The position numbers and the translations under genes are program-made. From Paraphysomonas bandaiensis (taxonomy: Eukaryota > Protista > Chrysophyceae), in NCBI GenBank assembly GCA_965644295.1, contig CBFFRP010000057.1:1-59825 (forward strand): DNA of 59,825 nucleotides, in the 5' to 3' direction. The notes under the pieces were generated by a model. The model made no database searches. It had not been told where the DNA came from and saw nothing but the letters and a program-made list of their open reading frames with translations. Below are positions 10,084 through 23,286 of the stretch, piece by piece. How positions within the stretch are numbered: the stretch's first letter is position 1; each line of letters opens with the position of its first letter.

Positions 10084-13000
10084 CTATTTTCCATATATAC
10101 TTTGTAGCAACGTCGTCAGCTCCCTATCGTTGGATGATGCTGTCGAACTTGAGGCAAAACTAACTGGTTTCACATAGCTTTGAGCATGAACATTCGGATT
10201 TACGTAAGCATCGTTTGTGCTCCTCGGATCTGAACTATGAGCATACTTGTCAGTGATGAAAGCGCGCTCTCTGGATCGTGCTGCACGGAGAATACATTTC
10301 GTACTCACAACGGAGCTGCCAAACGTATTAGGCCCAATAATTGGCTTTTTTGGAGGAGCGATTGTGCTTCGTTCCGATGGTAAAGAATTAATTAGCCTTC
10401 TTCTAGCACCCAGCTTTTCGACTCTCATATCCGGAATATTTTCAACTTCTAAGCTCGAAACGTCAACAGAAGTATCTTCCTCTTGCTTTTTGATATCAGT
10501 TGTAAGTAAAACTTGGAAATAATCTCCTTTCTGTTGAATCAACTTTACCATTTGAGGGTCAAGTTTAGGGAAAACACTTCTGTCTTTTCTCCGGAACTTA
10601 AACCCACCTGATCCAGCTATGGTGAAATGATGAGTCCTCTGCGTATGGTCAATGAACTTAAAGCTCTGTCTGGCGGAGAAACGACGAGATCGCATTTGTT
10701 GGGTCCATCTCGATATCTGCACGCGTTGTCTATGTCCCCGATACACTTTCTGCAGAAGAACTATCGCTTGTAATATTTTCTGATGTCTCTGGGGCTCTCG
10801 AGTTGCCAGCATCTCCATGTCATACTTTCTCAGATATCTTGATCGCTTCGCCAAGAATACAACATATCTCATAAAGTATATTATTATATTGCATGCCTTG
10901 TTTCTTCTGTTAATCGACTTCCGAAGTATGAGCATTTGTCTGCGATAGTTTCTTTTCGCCACCTTTGCTCGTAACTTAGCCAGGAATCGCCTCCCAACTC
11001 TTTGTAACATCAGCACAGAAGTCATCTTCTTCATGGCTCTTTTCTGTCTTTTGACGCGGGAACGAGTGATGGCACCGCGGATCAGGGCCTGAAGACGTAC
11101 AACAGCATCTAAGGCATTCATTCGCTTCGGACGAGTTGAGTTTAACTTTCCCTGGCGCAGAGTTTGATCTCTTACCACCACCAGAGCGTTTCCGATGCGA
11201 CGCATACGGCTTCTATCTTTGTCGACCTTATCTTCTATTTGATACCTCAGCTCGCAAGTGTTTATCCTGTATTGGCTATCCTCACCAGGAGAGATATCGG
11301 CGGTAGAAGTCAAGAACACACTGAAACAGTCCGCTGAATGTGGTGCGCGAGTGGGTCGAGTTGAATTAGCAGAAGAGGCTCTCCTTTTAAGAGATATTTC
11401 TTGAAAGTGTAGGTTATCTCTCATCTTGTTCCTCTCCTGACGAGCTTTCAGCATATACTGCTCGCACATGAGCTCAGCCTGCTTGTCTTCAGAATCAAAA
11501 TCGTCAAGTGTCTTTTTCAACTGCGTATCAGAAAGTATTTCGTCGCGCAACTGACGACACTCAGCACGCATCTGCTCTGTCTTCTGTGTCAGATGCTCCT
11601 CGTCACGAATAAGCAACTCACACTTGTGACACCTAATCAGCAATAGCGATCACTGCTGAGAACAGAATAAGAAGATTTTACTACACCTGGTGGCGAGTCC
11701 AGGAGCTACAGGAGGTACCAGATAAATAGATGGGAAGGCATCCACAAATCCCACAGCTGCTTCAACAGTCAGGGGATTGAGGTCAAAATTATCCCAAAAC
11801 GATCGTCCATCAGGGTCTTCATCTGTTCCCCAGGATGGCAGACAATTGTTTCTCAGTTCCTGCCACTCCTCGTCCACCTCACTGTATGTGCTACTGCTAG
11901 CTGCAAGACTCTCTTCAATCGAAGCCTCTCCACCACCTATGCTGCTTTCTGTGACACTCCGGCTACCTTCATCTTCATCCTGGGGTTCCTCTTGTATTTT
12001 ATTTCTTGGGGCCCTCATGCCCTCACAATCGTCAGAGACCACTTCCCCGCTACTTGCAGAGTTACTTGAAGATGGTGCATCATCTCCACTCACAGTTGTC
12101 AAGACGTCAGCAGATTTATTATTAGACAGCTGGACACGCATAAGGCTGCCTCTGCTTCTAGTTATCAAAGGAAGAGACTGCGACACAGCGAGATGTGGGT
12201 TGGAAACCGACTCTGCATCTGGATTAGTTACAATAGCGGTGGAGATACGGCGGGTGGTAATGTTATTAGCAGTCAAACTACGAAGATTCTCCAGCTGCGC
12301 CTGTATCCAGGCCTGTCTACGGCGGATCCATTCGCGCCGTTTCTCTTCCCGCTCCAGCCGCAGGGCATGAGGGTCGTGTCCATTTGGAGGGATCATATAC
12401 ATATTAGGTTCAAAACCCAGCCACATCCACATGGTTTGTGTCGTAAATATTGCTTGCGTGTCACTTGTCATTTTTAATAGATAATTCTGGTTCTCGTAAA
12501 ACACTGAGGGAATGCTCCTTACAGCAACATTCTTCTGGCAAGCACGACGCCACCTCTGAACGCTCTCCACAACATCCACACTAAGCGATCTATGATGAGC
12601 TATCGCAACAGCAAGCTCCTCCTGCTGCATAGCGATACGCATAAGCATCACCTGTACATCATCTGTTAATATCGACCGGTCAAACTGAAGACGATTAATA
12701 ATCACAGAGGCGTATTTCCAGTAGAGACTATCCAGACACTGAACAGTAGCGGCCAGACGACGCAGAGAGGACTCACGGAGGAGTATGTGTTTGATAAGGA
12801 CCATGTACTCCGACTGAACGCTACTGGATGAATTAAGGCCCTTCCAGCTACACACAGAGTGGTTCTTTACTTCAAAGGGAATGGGCTGGATGGGGGGTCT
12901 CTGTATGAGAGGGATAAGCGGACTATCTCATAACATACAGTACATATGTGTGTATATATGTGTATAGCATGTGCGTATGTGTATGTGCAGGTGATAGTAA

Positions 13001-13333
13001 TGATAATATACATGAAAGTACAGTACGTACAGCGGCTCTTCTCTCAGCTGTTCTCTTCAGTCTCGCCTCTACTTCATGAGCCTTCGCTAGCTCTGGAAAA
13101 CGATGTTTAAGGGACACTCCAGCTTTAGACACCCATTCATTGGAGGGCTTACACTTCATGATCTCCTTCAACTGATCGGAAGTTAACTTCACTTCTAAAC
13201 GAACTTTCTTATTTTCTTCTTCCGCATCTTCAAGGGACACCGCACTTCCTGAATCAAAAAAAAACTTGCGGTGTGTAGTGCCTAGAGGAGTCTGAGAGAT
13301 AGATAGAGATGAGGGGGGGTCCGTCTGATCCAT
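10084..13333 (-). CDS. Large IQ-motif/coiled-coil protein (introns 12901-13030, 11633-11686)
   Basis: Three ORFs join in phase through GT-AG introns; IQ-like motifs LQALIRGAITR, LQRVGRRFLAK, LQKVYRGHRQR. Confidence 0.8.
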
Positions 13334-13450
13334 CGTTACTGCACCCTACAAGAGGGAAGGTGGATCAATTGTAGAATATGGTCCCTGATGATGGAATGTG
13401 GCAGTGTGGGCTGCAGAAGAAGGCTGGCTCGTATACGTTACTCTCCTCTG

Positions 13451-13452
<2 letters not shown>

Positions 13453-13482
<30 letters not shown>

Positions 13483-13698
13483 TGTATGTATGTATGTATG
13501 TATGTATGTATGTATGTATGTATGTATGTATGTATGTATGTATGTATGTATGTATGTATGTATGTATGTATGTATGTATGTATGTATGTATGTATGTATG
13601 TATGTATGTATGTATGTATGTATGTATGTATGTATGTATGTATGTATGTATGTATGTATGTATGTATGTATGTATGTATGTATGTATGTATGTATGTA

Positions 13699-13734
<36 letters not shown>

Positions 13735-14186
13735 TGTATGTATGTATGTATGTATGTATGTATGTATGTATGTATGTATGTATGTATGTATGTATGTATG
13801 TATGTATGTATGTATATATATATGTATGTATGTATGTATGTGTATGTATGTATGTAGGTATGTATGTATGTATGTATGTATGTATGTATGTATGTATGTA
13901 TGTATGTATGTATGTATGTATGTATGTATGTATGTATGTATGTATGTATGTATGTATGTATGTATGTATGTATGTATGTATGTATGTATGTATGTATATA
14001 TATATGTATGTATGTATGTATGTGTATGTATGTATGTAGGTATGTATGTATGTATGTATGTATGTATGTATGTATGTATGTATGTATGTATGTATGTATG
14101 TATGTATGTATGTATGTATGTATGTATGTATGTATGTATGTATGTATGTATGTATGTATGTATGTATGTATATATATATGTATATG
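13453..14186 (+). repeat. (TATG)n microsatellite, ~730 bp, with a few interruptions
   Basis: Direct reading; TATATA interruptions near 13697, 13813, 13995, 14168 and TAGG variants near 13856, 14038. Confidence 0.99.
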
Positions 14187-14443
14187 TTTAGAGTAACACC
14201 ACGCAGAATACGGTTATACTGCTGTGTATTCCATACTTGTGTCTGTTTCGGACTGTTGTATAGGAATACAGAGTTCTACAGTGTGTATAACAACCTATCT
14301 GCCGTAGGAATTCCTAGCATATACATGTACATCTATATACACTGCACGGCAGTAGGCTCCTCGTAGATCCTCACATGGGCTCTGTGTGTATGTATGTGAC
14401 TCCATCACATCACATCACAACTATACTAACAACAAACCACTCA

Positions 14444-16826
14444 ATGGAACGCTTAAAGAAACTCGGTGGTACATTACGCGATCGTCTGGGCAGTTCTCCT
14501 AATGCCTCATCCCAGTCCTTCTCCGATAGGGCGTGTATAATCGAGGGGTGGCTCATGAAGAGGGCTGTTAAGAGCGCTAAGAAATGGGACCTCCGTTACT
14601 TTATCCTATACGACAATGCTCTCGTCTATTACGTAGATGAGGAGTCAACCTCTCCGCGTGGTGTGATGGCGCTCACAGAGGACTATTATGTATCGGACTC
14701 TGCCCTTATGAAGTTCGGCTTTCAGGTCTCTAATTTGGACGGGACGTCGTATATTTTTGCTGCAGATACGCTAGAAGAGAAGTTATATTGGGTGCACAAT
14801 ATAGCATGTGCTATTCGTCAGTTGACAATGAGTCGCATGCCGCCAGGTACATATACCCCGCTTCAATCACCACTTTCTAATTGTACTAGACTGTGACTCA
14901 GTTGCATGTAATTTATCGATTAGTCTTATTGCGCAATTTGTATTTTTAGGTTCCGAAGTGGATGAGCGAGACACAGCAGTGTATGCGGATTTAGATGAAA
15001 TGGTTGAAGAATACAGTACCATCAGGGCCTCCACCCTTCGTGCTAGTATTGCAGATAAACCAGATGTGTCACAGTTCATGCAGCCACCACCAGGAATACT
15101 GCTCAACCGAAATGGCAAAGATTCTAGGTCGAGGTCACCAAATTCTGCTCCTAAGCCTAACCCTAATGCGTTGTCATTTCTTCCAATGCGGGAAACAATG
15201 ACACCACTTCCAGGTACATAGTGCTATCCTGACGTAATATACAGAACGTGCTCGTAGTGTGTGATTATTTAGTAGCTATATTATTGTCATCAGGTAGCAT
15301 ATCTCTTAGTCAGCTTTATATGCCCCTAAATACTGCCCACTATTGATCATACCACTGTAGATATGTCGAAGCTTCTAGCTACGTATCAGTCCAAGGCAGC
15401 AGGAACAACCAGTTCTCAAAGCCGTATATCGTCGAAGCGAGGAAGCACCAAACGTGGCAAAATGTCAGCAGAGGAGGCCTTCAATGCAGCAATGGCTGGA
15501 ACAGGCAACGTTCCAGAGAAGCAGCCACAATCACTGTCTACAGCGTCTAAATGTCCTGGTAGCAGTATTGAAGTAGATGATGGTATTCATGTCGTTTCGC
15601 CTGCTGTGATGTCCAATTCAGCACTTCGTAATGTAGAAGCTAGTGAATGCATACCAAAAGTTTTACCAACAGAAGAACCAGCTGGCAACAGTCCGTCGTC
15701 ACCTGTCGTGATGCCGAAAGTGTTACCACCAGAAGAGCCAGCAGATAACAGTCCGTCGTCTCCTGTCGTGACATATGATAGCGGGGATGTGAATTACGAC
15801 CCATACATATCCAATACTGCGGCATCGAATCTCAAGTCTCAGGTAAATCCTATGGCTGCGAATCGGCGTGGTTTTAGTAAATCTCCTGAGGCGTCGCATT
15901 CTGAGCATATTTCTGAGTCTGAGCTCATAGAAAGTGACTTACAGAGAGATAGAAAGTGCACTTCTGATAATGCTAGATTGTCTGGTGAAATAGAGGATGG
16001 TGCTGAACTGACTATGAGCATAGACCACACCCATCCTGTAAAAGATATATCACAACAATCAATAACAGTGGAAAGTCTTCCACGCAGCGATGAGACCCGA
16101 GCCTCCACCTTGCCAGATGTACCTAGTTCCTCGGAAGTTCTGAACGGTGTTCACTGCACCGGGGTTAGTGATTCTCAATATGCTTGTGAGGAACCCGGTA
16201 TGTCTAAAAATGTACATTGTCCAACTCAACAGCATGTGTTGTCATCGCCTACCGAAGAGTCTTCAGACACGACTACAAATGACAGTTGTGTTGTGGCGAA
16301 GGATAGCACCGACAGTGCTGTGAGTGGAAGCAACCAGAGTTCAAGTGTAGTACAACGAATGGCAAACTTGTGGCAGAAAGAAGCGAACCGTCATTTAGAT
16401 AAGCAAGCAGCTAATCCATTTAGTTCTAGTCACAAAACAGCCAGTGCAGCACCTGTGCGCCGGGGTGACAATGAGTACGGAAAACCTGTACCTGGCAGTG
16501 CAACAGCCGAAAGAGCAGCAAGCGCGAATGCGTGGGTTGTGAAGGAGATTGAGAAACTGGTGGGTGTTATAGAACGTATAGGTGTGAAAAAAGACGATGG
16601 TTCTGTGGTTGTATGTTTTGGACCATTGTTTTATGCCTATCAAGATATATCCGATACTCTGGTGGGTATTATGATGAGAGCTAAAAAGAGGAATGTTATT
16701 AGCTATCCAGGTAGGGAAAATGTTTGCTGTTTTTTTATTTCTCAAGGTTTGAATTTAGGCGATATGCTTTTTCAAGGGTGTCATGATAAAGTCGAAATTG
16801 TCCTAAACCCTGCACGTGACTCGTGA
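14444..16826 (+). CDS. PH-domain protein with C-terminal ABRA/STARS-type Costars domain (4 exons)
   Basis: PH: IIEGWLMKRAVKSAKKWDLRYFIL...YIFAADTLEEKLYWVHNI. C-terminal: NPFSS...GDNEYGKPVPGSATAERA...FGPLFYAYQDISDTLVGIMMRAKKRNVISYPG|DMLFQGCHDKVEI. Introns near 14848-14949, 15214-15360 and 16712-16758 are all phase-compatible. Confidence 0.85.
15651..15770 (+). repeat. 60-bp in-frame tandem duplication in the coding linker
   Basis: IPKVLPTEEPAGNSPSSPVV / MPKVLPPEEPADNSPSSPVV. Confidence 0.9.
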
Positions 16827-17037
16827 TGAATATGAATTTGTATCTATAGGTGTGTTTCAATTGTACAAGGTGCTATTAGATATATATTGAGAATTATGCA
16901 CTTCACTTTCTTCAAAGTGTACCGTAAATAGCTACACTACACATTATACACAACACATGTGCTGAGTACATACTTAATAGTAAGTCATAATGAAGTGCTC
17001 TGACTAGTTTTGCAAATACTTTTGTGACGACTTATAT

Positions 17038-18460
17038 TGAAAGTCTTATTATTAGCAATACGCGTTAAAAATCTGCACCAGCTTAGTAGCTAGACGAAAA
17101 CTAGTCAAGCTAGATAAACGTCTACCTGTAACTAACTAGTGCAAACTCTATTATCCTGTTAGTTAACGCTACGGGAATTGCTAGTGCGTCGCCGCAAGTA
17201 CTAAGGTTCGACCATTCTCACTATATCCATAGATGTGTATGTAGGATACGTTGTACAGCGTACAACGTACACCATGACAAGTGAAAGCAGTGATCTAAGT
17301 CTATAAGTCTACTACTACCACATACCACACTATAACGCTTAAGACTACACATACATTTTGTGCAATTTGCACCTGGGACTGCCTTGTGTGCCTCACGGCA
17401 ACCAGGGGAAGCGGCAATATTTACTTAGAAAATCGATGCCATCAACTGAATTTCGTCTATATATCATATACCCGATTCTATCTAGGAGGTTATATCGTCC
17501 CGCGCTCAATATTTTTAATTTAGGGCAAAATTGACAAGGGACAATTCAATACAACCCTCAACATATAGTCAGACTCGCACCTTTTCGTGTGTTCTGGGGA
17601 ATAAGTACCGGAGAGATTTCTCCGGGAAAATGACGTGAGCCGTATATATAGTCAACAGATATTGTTTTGCCCACTCATAGCTAAATGCTTGTGTGGTACA
17701 AGGGGCGCTTTATAGGAGTCGCTTGTGTAGATGCCTTTGGGCCTAAACGAATGAACAGACATCCGGAAATGGGCCCACCTGAAGGGTAATGGGCTGCCTG
17801 CTGTTGAAGTCAAACATCCGGGATGTTCACCTTAAGGACTCTAAAATCCTGAAGTCAGCAGATGTCAGGTATATCAACATTATGCTTTGAGTTATAGAGC
17901 GAAAAAAGTCGATGCACCTTGGCGCTTGTTACCAGGCCCTTGTATGTCCTTCCAATACATGGGAACGTCTGTATCAGCGTTGCGCAAAAGTATCTATCCT
18001 ACTTAATATGCTGTTGTTTCTGAAAGCTAATCGACAGTTGTGACCGGGTACTAGCATATTTCAATTAATTCTGTGGATGAATATGGTGATATTGACGTCA
18101 CCAATGAAGGCGAGGTGAAATTTTATTTGCTATTAGCAGTAGTTGGTTTGGTTGTCATGAATGTGATCTTAATGACTAATACTAATAATGGAATCTACGA
18201 ATGTGTTTACTTACTGATTTGTCATACTAATATATTGCAATATATTGTAATTGTATTGTTGGGCCTGTTTAAAATCTTCATCAATAGTATTGATGGAACG
18301 CTCTCTAATAATAGTATTGCAATATATTGTTTCCTAGCCCTGGTGTTTGCTATGACGCACAAGAAGCTTTCGTAGCGATAAATAGTAGGATATCAGAGCC
18401 AAGCACTGACTCTTAAAAACGCCTATTGCTAACAATAAGACATTCTCTACATTCACTACT
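17038..18460 (-). mobile_element. TIR-family repeat copy 2 (B-end left, A-end right), with a nested ~410-bp insertion
   Basis: Left tgaaagtcttattattagcaatacgcg...ttatcctgttagttaacgctacg; right cgtagcgataaatagtaggatatcag...cgcctattgctaacaataagacattc (inverted); core on the minus strand at ~17560-17928. Confidence 0.85.
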
Positions 18461-18721
18461 ACGACGATATTCCCTATCAAGATTAGACATTAGGATGGTT
18501 AAAATTTAAATAGCTGAACGTCTAACTCACTAAATAATCAATTAGTAAATACGCATAGTCAACAATTCTTATCATCCACTGCCATTCGCTAAATTTATAT
18601 TCTCACTAAGACGAAATGGGAATACAAAACTTATATATGGCACTTAACGAATACTTTAATAATTATTTTACTACACACGAATATTATCGATGTCATTGTG
18701 CACCCTGTGAGTAACGCCAAG

Positions 18722-20013
18722 TCAGTATAACGTAACGCGTAATATGAGCACGATAATTACTATTCCCGCCACCACAACCAGGGGCAGGTTTTGCTTAATT
18801 AAAGCCTGCAGACACAAAGTAAGCTCATGTTAACCGAAATTTGAATAATGCAGGGCATCAAAATGGTATATATCATACCACTGTCGATAGTTTCTTGGCT
18901 CCCCATCTGTAATTTTTGCTATCCTCTACTAACGATTTGGACATCTGAGACGTATCTACAAAAACAGCACAATTTACTATCCGACTTCAAAGCATGCTGT
19001 CAGATACATGCGCTCTCTATTCTGACACACAGCAACACAGAAGGGCCACAAATATTGACATTCTATGCATATGCCAGCACAAACGGCACTTTCACTCTCA
19101 CCATCCAGTTTGTCTCCTCTGCCTAGAACATCATCAATGGTCTTTCTCATGATATTGTGAATACTCTGGAGGTCATCGTTGAGCTTTTTCATATTTACCG
19201 AAGAATTGGGATCTAAATACTCTCGACGCTTCCTTTGAATTACGCGATCTGAAATATGAAAATCACATTACATCACGGTGACAATCTGGACTTCATATGG
19301 AGCAACTTAGCAAATGGTTGGCATACCGAATTTTATAAAAGCGTACTGTCTCCCTACAGTCTCCACCTTTCTAAGCCAACTGTGGAAAATAAATTAAAAT
19401 GCTTTAGGTTTTGAATACTAGTAGTAGTGATATGTATAAATGCATGTTTTAACAAAGCTACGATAACCAGTGAATGTTTGAATAAAATAATAGAAAGTAT
19501 GATAAAATAAGCACGATCAATATCTTACTCTTCTCCGTACTCTTCCTTAAGATCAGGTTCGAAATCTTTACATATTTCTTGTAGAAATAAAAATGCTAGC
19601 CGTTTGGGATATGACTTATCGGTGAGCGTGAGATAGCAAATCCCATCGCTGATCATGTAACTGCAGAGAATAAGAGTAAGGGGAGACATGTATAAGATAA
19701 ACAGAGGGTCCCAATGACGTACTGAAATATAAAGGGGTCTGAATCAATACTCATCTTAGCTGCTGATCGAGGACTCAGTCTCTTGAGGATATGCTTCGCC
19801 TGCATCACTGTCACCACAGGCACACTAAGAGCGTATGAATCACCTGATTTCTGTATAACCCCATCTGCTGTGAGGGTGTTGATGAGCCGTGCTCCATAGA
19901 TGCGACCTGTGTATGTATGTATGTCACGTGGATGGATGGATGTGTACATCATGAGACCACACCAGCATAAGGCCGTCCTTCTCACGGGCGATATACACAC
20001 TCTCTATTGGCAT
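18722..20013 (-). CDS. SEC22: SEC22 longin R-SNARE (about 8 exons)
   Basis: Spliced MPIESVYIAREKDGLML|VASME...AKHILKRLSPRSAAKMSIDSDPFIFH|YMISDGICYLTLTDKSYPKRLAFLFLQEI...RQYAFIKFD..., SNARE motif LNDDLQSIHNIMRKTIDDVLGRGDKLD, C-terminal TM. Confidence 0.93.
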
Positions 20014-20738
20014 AGACACCTCAGATATACGCAGTGTAGTGGAGTAGTGTCTTCTTCACATGTCTGTGATGCCTGCCGTATGATGTCATGCTATGATCAC
20101 ACTCTCCTGTGAGCTCAGATCATATCCATCTACCGACACACAGGAGAGTACTGCTGTACTGTACATGTACATACGCACAGATCTTACCGTGTACTGCTGT
20201 GTCCATACCAGCCATGATATACAGCAGTACGTCTATATGTATCTCCGCACTACGAACACAGTGTGCAGGATATCCCACTGCATACTCCCACTGGACAACT
20301 ACGTAAAATACACGCAGTCCTACAAGTGCGTGTGCTGCAAGTACGACCCAGCAGTGCATGCGTCAACTACACCACTGGACTGCAGCCCCAGCAAATACAG
20401 CATACCGTATACCGATGTATTCCTGTAGCTAACTGCTCCAGAAACATACGTATATAGATGCATACAGCTGTACAGAGCAGACACATAGAGCTGTAACACC
20501 CCCCATATACACACACACAGAGAGAGAGAGAGAGCTGTGAGTGTCTTCCAGTGATTCAGTTCAGTGCAACGAAGAACTGAAGAACATTCTTATTATTACC
20601 TCGAAACGCTTACTGTCGTTAGTCCCTTGATATTCCTCTGTCTCTAGGCATCATTCACGGACATGAGTGTGTGTCGAAGTGTGAGTGCGTTGTGTCTGGT
20701 GCTCAAGTAGCAGTTAGCATTAACAGTGTCACCAAACA

Positions 20739-21943
20739 ATGCAACGCCGTCGGACCGGAGACCCGTATAAGGTCGCAACTAAGAATGAACTTCACAAGAA
20801 AATGAATTCTATGCTTAAGGCGTGCAATGAGGCCGGTAGAAAGAAACAAACTCCGGAGAAAGAGAACTCCAGAGCTATAACCGATAGCCGTTTTGTGAGA
20901 CCGGATCCATTGCGAGCACAGGCAACACAAAATGTAACGCCCCAATTCCTTTCCGTTCGAAGTGGACATAACCGCTCAGCCTCCCCGTTGCTGCGAGAAG
21001 GGTCTCCTTCCGGAGGCTCTTCAAAAATAAAGAAACGTGGAAATGGAGTTGATTCCCTACAAAACTGCTATGGTAGGGCGTCGCCGCGAAGCACAACATC
21101 GTCCCCAGTCACTACCCCTTCTCCGAGAAATATTTATACTCCCCCATTAACTCCTAAAAGTATTCTGTCCAAGCCATCCACCCCCAAGAGTGGTACCGGA
21201 AAGAGAGTTACGTTCAACGCTGTTCTAGTCTCCACTGAGCCGGCGCAAGCTCAGAGCCATGTGGAGATCGAAACTACCAGTTCCCCTACAGCACTTCCAT
21301 CTGTTGAGAAAAAGCCTCCTACGAAGTCGAAGAAACCACCGTTGTTTCAGCCCCCCAATCGTCCCACACGCCCGTCATTGTCGGAGCAGCTCTCTGCCAT
21401 TGCTGATAAAGCGAATGATATTACAGTTGACATTAAATTAAAAGCAGGTTTGGATCACAGTAACCCCAGGGGTGAAGATACCCCACTTCTATCATTTCCA
21501 GCGAAAAATTTTACCGTTGGTACACTACAATGCCGGTAAGTGTGGAATGTTCTGCGTGAGTGTATACGATATATTTATCGCCGTATGAATTCCATATGTA
21601 CTAGTATGGGTGTAATAATATATTTTTGCATAGGTATCCGGCGCCTGCAATTTTCTTTCGTGACCGTCTGGAATATACCTTTCACCACCCGTTTCAGGCA
21701 TCAGAGATAAGACTGATTATATATTACAAAGACATGCAAAGTCTGGCGTTATCCCCTAACCCTCAGCCGGGGAAGATGTACTTCCGCGTCCCGAGACGAC
21801 TAGTTCATTTCGCCTCTGATTATGACCCGGCGAAACATTTTGTTGTTTTGTACCTCTCCTCTTCTCTGTCACTGCAGTCGATACGGAGCGAAGTTATGCC
21901 TGTTATTGCGGCAGCAACTTGCGGTTCATCTTTAAGGCTGTAA
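20739..21943 (+). CDS. Uncharacterised protein: S/P/K-rich disordered N-terminus plus globular C-terminal domain (intron ~21537-21633)
   Basis: Two ORFs join as ...VGTLQCR|YPAPAIFFRDRLEYTFHHPF via a GTAAG...ATAG intron. Confidence 0.7.
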
Positions 21944-23286
21944 AGCGCTGCATTATAAAGCAGCAGTACTTATAGACGTGCAGTCGTTTTAGGCCAGTTA
22001 ATCAAATTTTTGTGTAGTTCATTCTCAATGTAGTATAGAGTGCTTCAAGGGAAATGTACAGTAACGTGGTATCATATAGAAGAAAGAAAACTCACTTGGC
22101 GTATATATCACCCAAGTTTACTAAATTATAACAGAAAAAATCACATTTTAGTATTGTTTTGTGGTGCAATTTAGATTTATTCTTTGCTGATTTCAACGAT
22201 GCGTAGTAATTCTGTGTCCCTCGTGACATTCGAATAATATCGGTGACTTCACGTGTCCAAAAAGGACAGAATTTGCAGATATTGTTGATACTCATCAGGT
22301 TCTTTTTAGTTTCGTGACGACATAGTAACTACAATACGTTTTCTAGGTACTTGCTATGCATAATGCTATAATTTTTTATGTAGACAATACTCATGGATAA
22401 TTAGTATAATCGTATAATCGTCTACAGTACTCTCTTTCTCTACTCGCTACAGAGAAGAAATATGTATATATGTATACTACCAATAAGAACATACCATCAA
22501 AAAATATGACCATTATACCATATACAGTAGCTAAATTAAAAGGTTGGTATGACCTAGTACATTGTTAATTACTCATTGGTATATGAAATTGGCACAGCAA
22601 AGCATACAGAGTCTGTATGTGTGTGATACGTATGCAATACGTGTAATTGAAAACGACTGATATAGTAAGCGTAGTTCAATTAATTTTATAGACATTAGTT
22701 GCTTAAATAACCATTAATAGTTGCTTTTATGCAGTTTTCGGAAGTTAGTGTGCATCACTATCATTACGAAACTCTGCCTGCGAAGTGCTACAGTCACAGT
22801 TCACACTGAGTCTCATCCGGAGTAAGATAGGTTATACAGTGTATCGAAAAGTTGTATAATGCGCAGTGTGAAGTATTGCTACCCTTCTAAGTATCAGTAA
22901 AAGTAAGAGTAGCTAGCAGCAACAGTGCGTGAGAGTGTCAAGTAGCTGTCCACACATCGTCCACAGATGATGTATACTGCTACTGTATTCCCCGTATATC
23001 ACTGACAGACAGCCGTTACAACTATAGTGCTATACGGGGAATACAGTCTGTATACGGAGGAGGCGGTTATGTTGTATAGTGCTGCATACACACATACCAT
23101 ACAGCGTATACCATACCAGGCATACCATACCATCATACAGTACATATACACTTCCAGTATATCTATGTATGTATGTATATGTATATATATGTATATGTAT
23201 GAGCGCATGTCTCCATATATGTGGAGAGGCCCAGTGAGCATATAATAATCCCACCTCACTGATCTCACCCCCCCCTGATCACACTG

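Noticed and set aside
11633-11686. In-frame TGA between two long ORFs, suggesting readthrough, selenocysteine or an altered code
   Set aside because: The stop lies inside a 54-nt GT-AG intron. The genes checked use the standard code, with TAA, TAG and TGA all serving as stops.
13453-14186. Telomeric or CRISPR-like array
   Set aside because: 4-bp unit with no spacers, internal to a gene-dense region, and no G-rich telomere motif or cas genes.
13378-14366. Long MYVC-repeat ORFs in three frames
   Set aside because: Translation artefacts of the stop-free (TATG)n array.
17371-17406. Small stem-loop cctgg...tgcc..gtg/cac.ggca..ccagg as an ncRNA
   Set aside because: Short, bulged and inside a repeat; no tRNA, snRNA or snoRNA motifs.
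19900-20514. Cluster of C/Y/V/M/H/T-rich short ORFs (also near 8100, 23000, 29400, 32400 and 41100)
   Set aside because: By-products of RY-alternating promoter islands, which are poor in TAA stops.
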